Below are positions 56,879 through 64,000 of a DNA stretch of 64,000 nucleotides, one piece after another. A model generated the notes under the pieces. It had not been told where the DNA came from and did not search any database. It was given only the letters and a program-made list of their open reading frames with translations. Positions within the stretch are counted from its first letter, which is position 1; each line of letters opens with the position of its first letter. The stretch lies in contig DAHWUG010000001.1 of the NCBI GenBank assembly GCA_027334715.1, forward strand, positions 15,324-79,323, read 5' to 3'. Source of the stretch: Nanobdellota archaeon. GTDB taxonomy: Archaea; Nanobdellota; Nanobdellia; Pacearchaeales; GW2011-AR1. The translations under genes and the position numbers were made by a program.

Positions 56879-58546
56879 ATGAAAAGAGAGGTTAGCATTT
56901 CAATATTTGCGGTTATTCTCCTTATTGTGTCTGTTTTCATGATTTCTTATCTTGGAGTTAAGCCGACAGGCTTTGCAATTTTTCAACAGCAGACCCAAAC
57001 TGACTTCAATTCTGGAAACTATACAAATACAATCTACAACGGCAGCGCTGTTGTTCTGGCTGCAAACCAGACAACAGGAGTATATACATCCGGGATTTTT
57101 AATGCAGTAAACATTTCAACATTGAACAATCTAACTTGGCAAGGCAGCGGAAATTTGACATTTGAAGTAAAGAACTGCTCTGCTCCAGACTGTTCTGGCG
57201 GGAGTTTCACATCTGTTAATTTGAGTAATATAAACATAACAGGACAATATTTCCAGTATCAAGTTTTTCTCACGGCAAATTCAAGCAGCCAAAGCTTGAG
57301 TAGTGTTGCATTAGATTATACTCAAATATCTAATTTGACAAATCAAACCAACCAAACAAATCAAACCAACCAAACAAATCAAATTATTCCGACATCTGCA
57401 GTTGTTTATAATCCTGCAGGAATCTTCACCTCAAATTCAGTACCTATAAATTTCACAGCAAATGGAACTGCAGATATTACCTGCTGGTATAATGTCATGA
57501 ATTCAACAGGAATGAGTATTATTACAGGGAATACAACACTTTCATCATGCGTAAATACAACACTAAGTGGCTTATCCAATGGGAATTATTTATTCAATTT
57601 ATACTTAAATGGCTCTTCTGGATTTTATTCAACATCTTCTACATTTACAATTTCTTTACCATCCCAGAATAATAATCAAAGCACAACAAATCAGACACTA
57701 ATACCACCACAACAAAACCAGACAGTAAACTCAACGCCAACGCAACCAACTATACAGCAGACCGTCGGCGTTTCAATATCAGATATTCCGCAACAGAACT
57801 TAAATGAGGATGGAACAGGAAAAGTTGCAGTTTCTGTGCAGAACACAGGTACAACTGATTTAACAGGATGTGTATTGGGTAGTGATAGTCCTGATTGGGC
57901 AAGCGTTTCAACAGGGAGCCAAGGAATAAAAGGAGGAGCAACTGCTTCTTATGATGTTTCCATAAATGTTCCTTTAAGGTCAGATGTTGGCGCACATAAT
58001 ATAGGATTGACTTTGACATGCTCTGAAGCAACAGCAACAAAGACGCTTACAATAAATGTCATCAAAACACAACTAGGGTTTAATTTAACAAGCATAAGCA
58101 GAACAAGCCCTAGGACAGTAAAACTGATATATTCACTCGCTGAACTTGCAAATCAGACACAGAATGTTACAATAAATTTTGACTTGCTTGACTCGAGCAA
58201 TACAATAGTTTCAAACTTGTCCCAGAGCATAAACTTAAGCGCTGGAACAATAAAATATTTCACAGCAAACCTTCCGATAAACAGCACATCTCCATTGTTC
58301 AAGAACATGTCGCAAAATGTTTCATTGACCTTGAAGACAGACTATAACTCACCAATTTACTCTGGAGAACTTTTAAAGACAATTGTGCTTGGTGCACCCA
58401 TATCAGGAGGATTCTTGAGTGGATTTGCAATACTCGGTGAAGGCTCTGGCAGTATTATCATAGCAGTAATTGTAGTTTTAGTAATTGTTATTGTGTTCTT
58501 TGTTGCCAGAAAAGTCATAAAACCACGAAAGTCACGAAAGAAATAA
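56879..58546 (+). CDS. Cell-surface glycoprotein with N- and C-terminal TM segments
   Basis: N-terminal TM, NQT repeats, NEW3/CARDB-like V.V.NTG, C-terminal TM plus basic tail; divergent from the 1411-aa gene. Confidence 0.8.
   Translation: MKREVSISIFAVILLIVSVFMISYLGVKPTGFAIFQQQTQTDFNSGNYTNTIYNGSAVVLAANQTTGVYTSGIFNAVNISTLNNLTWQGSGNLTFEVKNCSAPDCSGGSFTSVNLSNINITGQYFQYQVFLTANSSSQSLSSVALDYTQISNLTNQTNQTNQTNQTNQIIPTSAVVYNPAGIFTSNSVPINFTANGTADITCWYNVMNSTGMSIITGNTTLSSCVNTTLSGLSNGNYLFNLYLNGSSGFYSTSSTFTISLPSQNNNQSTTNQTLIPPQQNQTVNSTPTQPTIQQTVGVSISDIPQQNLNEDGTGKVAVSVQNTGTTDLTGCVLGSDSPDWASVSTGSQGIKGGATASYDVSINVPLRSDVGAHNIGLTLTCSEATATKTLTINVIKTQLGFNLTSISRTSPRTVKLIYSLAELANQTQNVTINFDLLDSSNTIVSNLSQSINLSAGTIKYFTANLPINSTSPLFKNMSQNVSLTLKTDYNSPIYSGELLKTIVLGAPISGGFLSGFAILGEGSGSIIIAVIVVLVIVIVFFVARKVIKPRKSRKK
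57341..57382 (+). repeat. 18-bp tandem repeat encoding (NQT)n sequons
   Basis: aatcaaaccaaccaaaca x2 plus aatcaa. Confidence 0.85.
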
Positions 58547-58597
58547 TCCATAATTTTAAATATCTATTTGTAGTGCCTAATACACCTTACAATTAAT

Positions 58598-60286
58598 ATG
58601 GCATTTATAGTCAAGAAAAAGATTCATGAAAAAGAGTATTATTATCTTAATGAAAACAAGAGGGTTCCTAAAACAGGCAAGGTAAAGACAAGGACTATTG
58701 CATATCTTGGGAAAAACAGGAAAAATGCAGAGAAAAAAGCAAAAGAGATTTTAGATAAAAAAATATTTTCTGAAAATATCAAGGAAGAGATCAAAGAAGA
58801 AAAAAATATAGCTGTTGCAGAAAATAAAGACACTGGAACAACAAAAATTTCAATAGAAGATCTTGCAGCTTTCTGCAAGAGGAAAGGCTTTGTCTACCCA
58901 TCAGGAGAAATCTATGGGGGGCTTGCAGGATTCTGGGATTTTGGCTCGCTCGGAACAGAACTGAAGAATAATATAAAAAAACAGTGGTGGAAATTCCATG
59001 TTTCACAACGCGAGGATATCGTTGGCATTGACGGCTCAATAATAACAAATCCAAAAGTTTGGGAAGCATCAGGTCATACAGAAAGCTTTATCGACGTTGC
59101 AGTTGTTAATAAAAAAACAAAGGAAAAATTCAAAGTTGATAAATTTGAATTGGAGAAATACAAAAACAATCCTTTGTTTGAAATTAAAGGTGAATTTAAT
59201 CCAATGTTTACAACAACTGTCGGACCTGTTGTTTCTGAATCAATAAAAACATATTTAAGGCCAGAGACAGCCCAGCTTATCTTCGCAGATTTCAAGACAG
59301 TTTACGAAAATTCCAGGCTGAAACTTCCATGTGGAATAGCGCAGATTGGAAAAACATTTAGGAATGAGATTGCACCGAGGGATTTTCTTTTCAGAAGCAG
59401 GGAATTTGAGCAGATGGAGATTGAGTATTTCATAAAAAAAGACATGAAATGCCCATACAAAATCCCTGATGAAGAAGTCCTCGTTTTTTCAGCAGAATTA
59501 CAGAATAAGAATGCAGAACCGATAAAAATGAAGATTGAAGACGCACTTAAAAAAGGAATAATAAAAAAAGAATGGCATGCTTACTGGCTTGCTACAGAAA
59601 TAAAATGGTTTAAGGAACTGGGAGCAAATCCTAAAAATTTCAGGATAAGGCAGCATATGAAAGAGGAATTATCCCATTATTCAACAGACACATGGGATCT
59701 GGAATATAACTTCCCTTTCGGATGGAGAGAGCTTGAAGGAATTGCTGACAGGGGAAATTTTGATTTAAGCCAGCATGAAAAAAACTCAGGAAAAGACTTA
59801 AAAATTTTTGATGAAGAAAGCAAAGAAAGAATTCTTCCAGAGGTTATTTGTGAGCCAAGCCTGGGGGTAGAGAGGGCATTTCTTGTTTTCATGCTTGATT
59901 CCTATTTTTTTGATAATGAAAGGCAGAACATTTTATTGAAACTTCATCCTAAACTTTCACCGATAAAAGCAGCTGTTTTTCCCATAGTAAAAGGGGAAAA
60001 GTTCGAGAAAATTTCTGAAGAAGTTGTTGAACAGCTAAGAAAAGAATGGAATATTCTTTATGACAAGTCTGGAAGTATTGGAAGAAGATATGCAAGAAAT
60101 GATGAAATCGGGACTCCTTTCTGCATTACGATTGACGGAGAATCTTTGAAGGAAAAAGATGTTACAATAAGAGATAGGGACACAAAAAAACAGATAAGGG
60201 TGAAAATTTCAGAGCTTAATGGGATTTTGTCAAAATTAATCGAAAGAGAGATAAAATTCGAAAAAGCCGGCAAACTTTTTCCGTGA
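58598..60286 (+). CDS. glyS: Glycine--tRNA ligase (alpha2 type) with extra N-terminal domain
   Basis: RKGFVYPSGEIYGG, YLRPETAQ, FRNEIAPRDFLFRSREFEQME, EPSLGVER, SIGRRYARNDEIGTP. Confidence 0.95.
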   Translation: MAFIVKKKIHEKEYYYLNENKRVPKTGKVKTRTIAYLGKNRKNAEKKAKEILDKKIFSENIKEEIKEEKNIAVAENKDTGTTKISIEDLAAFCKRKGFVYPSGEIYGGLAGFWDFGSLGTELKNNIKKQWWKFHVSQREDIVGIDGSIITNPKVWEASGHTESFIDVAVVNKKTKEKFKVDKFELEKYKNNPLFEIKGEFNPMFTTTVGPVVSESIKTYLRPETAQLIFADFKTVYENSRLKLPCGIAQIGKTFRNEIAPRDFLFRSREFEQMEIEYFIKKDMKCPYKIPDEEVLVFSAELQNKNAEPIKMKIEDALKKGIIKKEWHAYWLATEIKWFKELGANPKNFRIRQHMKEELSHYSTDTWDLEYNFPFGWRELEGIADRGNFDLSQHEKNSGKDLKIFDEESKERILPEVICEPSLGVERAFLVFMLDSYFFDNERQNILLKLHPKLSPIKAAVFPIVKGEKFEKISEEVVEQLRKEWNILYDKSGSIGRRYARNDEIGTPFCITIDGESLKEKDVTIRDRDTKKQIRVKISELNGILSKLIEREIKFEKAGKLFP

Positions 60287-60422
60287 TTTTTGTTTCCCGT
60301 CGGTGAACTTTAAAAAAATTCTACAAGTTTTCCCAAAAAACAGAAAAAAATGAAAAGTTTTTTAAATAAATAATTCCTAATACTAATAATTAAAAAGAGG
60401 TTTTGATCTGTAAAAAGAAAAA

Positions 60423-60461
60423 ATGGCAAAAAAGAAAGCAAAGAAAAAGAAAAAAAGATAA
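60423..60461 (+). CDS. 12-aa Lys-rich micro-peptide MAKKKAKKKKKR
   Basis: Sits alone in a 300-bp gap, with TATA-like tttaaata and gaggt upstream and T-tracts downstream. Confidence 0.4.
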   Translation: MAKKKAKKKKKR

Positions 60462-60589
60462 GAACTTTAATATTTTATTTTTTATCTTTTTTTAATTTAT
60501 ACCCAATACAATTTATTGATTTTTGACCCTTACCCGATATTTTTGAAATGAAAAGATTATTAAGTTATCCTAATGATAATTTTAAAATA

Positions 60590-60733
60590 TGGCTCTGAGG
60601 AGAATTTAACTCCCGACCTCGGCCTTTCTCAATTTCCTACTTGCTCATATGCTAAAAACAGGAAGTTTTCGTGAGTGTATTTGAACAAGCTCAAATCCAT
60701 GAGAGCCGCGCTCTAACACTGAGCTACAGAGCC
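60590..60733 (-). tRNA. tRNA with CAT anticodon (elongator Met or Ile2) and 72-nt intron (60626-60697)
   Basis: GGCTCTG/CAGAGCC acceptor stem; CGGCT-CTCATG|intron|A-GGCCG; BHB central helix CTCA/TGAG. Confidence 0.85.
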
Positions 60734-60797
60734 GAGAATAAAAAAGATAATTGATTTAAAAGGTTTGAGGTCAAACAGGTTAAATAAATAGAAATCT

Positions 60798-60995
60798 TTA
60801 CTGCAGCGCTTTTTTTGCAGCTTCCCTTCTTTTCAATCTGGATAAATATCCTGCAACCTGGTTCCTAATCTTTTTGCTGGGCATTGTATTACCAAGGGCT
60901 TTTTTGTTTGCCTCAAAATCAGGATTAAACTCTATTCCACGCTTCACTAGCTCTTCTGCAGAACGTTTAATCATTTTTGACTTTATTTTTCCCAT
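60798..60995 (-). CDS. rps17e: Ribosomal protein eS17
   Basis: MGKIK..IKR..F..DFEANK..SKKIRNQVAGY. Confidence 0.93.
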   Translation of the reverse strand: MGKIKSKMIKRSAEELVKRGIEFNPDFEANKKALGNTMPSKKIRNQVAGYLSRLKRREAAKKALQ

Positions 60996-61046
60996 TTTTC
61001 CTGTTTTTCTTATTAATCTCTCTTTTTTGCAAGTTTTTAAAGATTT

Positions 61047-62006
61047 TTATTTGAGTTTTTCTATGGAAGAAAGATTTTTGATTGCTTCTATAAGATTATC
61101 TAGTTTTTTCAGTGTTCCCCCTTGTCCTAGAATTATATATGGCATTCCCACATCAGAGGATTTTTTTGCTGCATTTATTATTTCATTTTCAGTAATTTTG
61201 CTCTTGTTATACGCAATCAGCAGCTTGTTTTCCCCCTTGTCCTTGATTTTAAGAATAATTTCTTTTTTGCCGAAACTTTCAATGTCTATAAGATCTATTG
61301 AATTTTTTGAGAGAAATTCCTTTATACTTGCAAAAAACTTGTCATCTTTTTTGGCTGGCTTTTTCTTTTTTAGGGAAAGTGTTTTTAATTTTACTTTTTC
61401 TTTTCTTGCTGGTCTTTCATGTTTTTCTTCGGCACTTTTTTCTTCACTTATCTCATTTGTTATGGGAGTCATTATTACGGACTTTTCTTCTTTAACTTCA
61501 ATAAAAGGCTCTTTTTCTTTTATTGGTTGAATTAAAATTGGTCTTTCTTCCTTTAATGTTTCAGGTTTTGTAAATTTGAACTCTGAAATTTTGAATTCTG
61601 ACTCAGGCACAAGATAATATCTCCATACGACTTCATCACCAACACTGAAAGGAAGTGCGAAATCTCTTATTTCCCTAAGGGCAACTCTTATTGCCGGGCT
61701 TTGCTCTCTATCTCTCAGGAACTTTTTTTCCCGAAGCAATAAAAATGCATCTTTTTCCCTGCTTTTAAGAAATTGAGAAAACTTTTCCAGGGATGTTTCC
61801 TGGCCCGGAAGGTAATATACTGGTGAGCTTCCCACCCTCATATAACTTATTTTGACTATTTTTTCAGATGCCAGCTCAGACAGAAAAGCAGATGCGAAAA
61901 GAATTGTCAATCCGATTTCTTTTGAGATATTAACAGGAATGCTTGGTCCCCTTCTCATCAGTATGGAAACAATCCTATTTTTTATCTGGGCAGCGTCTTC
62001 AGGCAT
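61047..62006 (-). CDS. Hypothetical protein with N-terminal winged-HTH-like region
   Basis: GPSIPVNISKEIG..ASAFLSEL..VGSSPVYY; probable start MPEDAA at 62006. Confidence 0.7.
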   Translation of the reverse strand: MPEDAAQIKNRIVSILMRRGPSIPVNISKEIGLTILFASAFLSELASEKIVKISYMRVGSSPVYYLPGQETSLEKFSQFLKSREKDAFLLLREKKFLRDREQSPAIRVALREIRDFALPFSVGDEVVWRYYLVPESEFKISEFKFTKPETLKEERPILIQPIKEKEPFIEVKEEKSVIMTPITNEISEEKSAEEKHERPARKEKVKLKTLSLKKKKPAKKDDKFFASIKEFLSKNSIDLIDIESFGKKEIILKIKDKGENKLLIAYNKSKITENEIINAAKKSSDVGMPYIILGQGGTLKKLDNLIEAIKNLSSIEKLK

Positions 62007-62057
62007 AATTGTCAGAGAAACATTGAAGTTATAAATTTTCTTGTGATTTAAAAACAA

Positions 62058-62576
62058 TCAGGGTTTTAACCATCTAACTTCATAATAACTGACATCGCCT
62101 TCTTCATCAAGAATTGCCAGAAGAAGGTTTTTCTTTGTTGAATGTGCCACCCTGTTTTTAGCAGAGAATTCATGCCATGTGAACTTTCCTGATTCATGGT
62201 CTGCGAAGACAATCCATTTTGCATGTTCTTCTCCTGGTTGGAAACCCCTGTCATAAACCCTGAAATCAGCCCCAAATTTCAACGCTGTTTTGACAGTATA
62301 GCCCTTTTCCCTAAGATCTTTGAAAATAGGATATTTAATGCTCATTCTTTTGTCAGAAGAATTAGCCTTTTTCATAAGCTCACGGAAATTTAGCTCTTTT
62401 GTTTTGAAAAATACCTTCATTCTGCCTTTTTCAGCCAAGAACAGAGATTCAGTCATTGAATATTGTACTTTTTCTCCAACAGGCTGTCCAAAGCCGCTTT
62501 TTCTGTAAAGAGAGAAAGCATCCTGTGAATTGCTTGAAACAGAATTGCCTACTAGATATGCATGAATCTTTTCCAT
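62058..62576 (-). CDS. endA: tRNA-splicing endonuclease (single-unit, catalytic)
   Basis: DLREKGY..KTALKFGADFRVY..HA..RVAHSTKK with the Tyr/His/Lys triad. Confidence 0.93.
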   Translation of the reverse strand: MEKIHAYLVGNSVSSNSQDAFSLYRKSGFGQPVGEKVQYSMTESLFLAEKGRMKVFFKTKELNFRELMKKANSSDKRMSIKYPIFKDLREKGYTVKTALKFGADFRVYDRGFQPGEEHAKWIVFADHESGKFTWHEFSAKNRVAHSTKKNLLLAILDEEGDVSYYEVRWLKP

Positions 62577-62649
62577 TGTTAAACAAACATACCTGATTTT
62601 TTAAAGTTATTCAGTAAACAATATAAACTTTATTTTTTATGGTAATAAT

Positions 62650-64000
62650 ATGACAAAAGAAAATTATGACTTTATGAGAATAGAGAAAAAATGGCAGAAA
62701 AAATGGGAAGAGAAAGGGATTTTCCATGCTAAAGAAGGAAAGAAAAAAAAGTTTTACTCGCTTGACATGTTTCCTTATCCTTCTGGAGAAGGTCTTCATA
62801 TGGGCCATGCCTTTGTTTTTTCATTAGGAGATATTTTTGCCAGATTCAAGAGACTTCAGGGATACAATGTCCTTTACCCTGTTGGCTATGATTCGCTTGG
62901 ATTGCCTGCTGAGAATGCGGCGATAAAAGTAGGAATCCACCCGGAGGAGTACACAAAAAAATCCATTGCCAATTTCATGAAGCAGGAGAAAGCAATGGGC
63001 TGGAGCTATGACTGGTCAAGGATGCTTAAAACATCTGACCCTAATTACTATAAGTGGGACCAATGGATATTTCTGAAATTGTTTGAAAAAGGTCTTGCCT
63101 ACAGGAAAAAATCACCTGTAAACTGGTGCCCAAAATGCCAGACAGTTCTTGCAAACGAACAGGTTGTTTCAGGAAAATGCTGGAGACATGAAGATACAAG
63201 GGTTGAGTTAAGGCATCTTGAGCAGTGGTTTCTTAAAATTACAGATTATGCAGAAGAGCTCCTTTCTGGACTTGATAAAATTGACTGGCCGCAGAGAGCA
63301 AAATTAATACAAAGAAACTGGATAGGACGAAGCGAAGGAACAGAGATTTTATTCGAAATAAACAAAGAAAAATGGCCAATATTCACAACAAGACCTGATA
63401 CTATATTTGGCGTGACTTTTATGGTTGTCTCTGCACAGCACCCAAAGCTTATTGAACTTGTTACAGACAAGCAGAAAAAAGAAGTTGAGAAATTTCTGAA
63501 TAAAATAAAATCTGTAAGCGAGAAAGAAATGGAAGAGATGGAGAAAGAAGGAGTTTTTACTGGAAGCTATGCAATAAATCCTATGAACAATGAGCAAATT
63601 CCAATTTATGCAGGAAATTTTGTTGTTGCTGACTATGGAAGCGGAATGGTAATGTCTGTTCCTGCCCATGACCAAAGAGATTTTGAATTTGCAAAAAAAT
63701 ACAAACTTCCTATAAAACAGGTCATTTCAGGAGGAGATGTAAAGAAAGAAGCTTATACAGAAGCAGGAATTTTAAAAAATTCAGGAGAATTCAACGGGCT
63801 CTCAAGCGAAGAGGCAAGAGAGCACATAACAAAAGTCCTTGAATTCAGAAAAATCGGAAAGAAAAAAATCCAGTACAAGCTAAGGGATTGGCTTATTTCA
63901 AGGCAGAGATACTGGGGAGCACCTATACCAATAATTTACTGTAATAAATGCGGAGTTGTTCCTGTGTCAGAAAAAAATCTTCCTATAAAGCTACCTGAAA
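62650..64000 (+). CDS. leuS: Leucine--tRNA ligase, bacterial type, partial (runs off window edge)
   Basis: Not in ORF track. MTKENYDF..IEKKWQ..LDMFPYPSGEGLHMGH..GLPAENAAI..FTTRPDT..VPAHDQRD..DWLISRQRYWG.PIP. Confidence 0.93.
   Translation, partial: MTKENYDFMRIEKKWQKKWEEKGIFHAKEGKKKKFYSLDMFPYPSGEGLHMGHAFVFSLGDIFARFKRLQGYNVLYPVGYDSLGLPAENAAIKVGIHPEEYTKKSIANFMKQEKAMGWSYDWSRMLKTSDPNYYKWDQWIFLKLFEKGLAYRKKSPVNWCPKCQTVLANEQVVSGKCWRHEDTRVELRHLEQWFLKITDYAEELLSGLDKIDWPQRAKLIQRNWIGRSEGTEILFEINKEKWPIFTTRPDTIFGVTFMVVSAQHPKLIELVTDKQKKEVEKFLNKIKSVSEKEMEEMEKEGVFTGSYAINPMNNEQIPIYAGNFVVADYGSGMVMSVPAHDQRDFEFAKKYKLPIKQVISGGDVKKEAYTEAGILKNSGEFNGLSSEEAREHITKVLEFRKIGKKKIQYKLRDWLISRQRYWGAPIPIIYCNKCGVVPVSEKNLPIKLPE

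Noticed and set aside
57341..57382. Short tandem repeat as a possible CRISPR or regulatory array
   Set aside because: No spacers; it is an in-frame NQT glycosylation linker

Overview
Gene-dense, AT-rich chromosomal segment of an archaeon, most likely a DPANN (Pacearchaeota/Woesearchaeota-like) organism. The assignment rests on archaeal information genes (RadA, RPA, TFB, aIF2-alpha, aEF1-beta, GINS, SRP54/FtsY, Bud32, EndA, eS1/eS8/eS17/uS15/eL42) with almost no biosynthesis, and is an inference. Housekeeping blocks and 8 tRNAs (3 with BHB introns) are interleaved with three cell-surface loci. (1) A type IV pilus operon (ATPase, TadC/ArlJ-like platform, about 10 pilin-like genes, prepilin peptidase; 5583-15745). 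(2) A large pilin-signal protein coupled to a 2385-aa exported protein ending in a lytic-transglycosylase-like domain (35669-44675). (3) A non-T4P surface locus (48782-58546) whose 1411-aa protein fuses a large extracellular region to tandem HTH domains and shares patchwork-identical DNA with the next gene. Other oddities: a free-standing LAGLIDADG gene that reads through the promoter and body of tRNA-Leu, a hydrolase broken at an A_AAA_AAG slippery site, a 12-aa poly-Lys micro-ORF and a GlyRS with an extra N-terminal domain. No CRISPR array, rRNA or transposase was seen. All calls were made by eye from motifs; no database searches were run.
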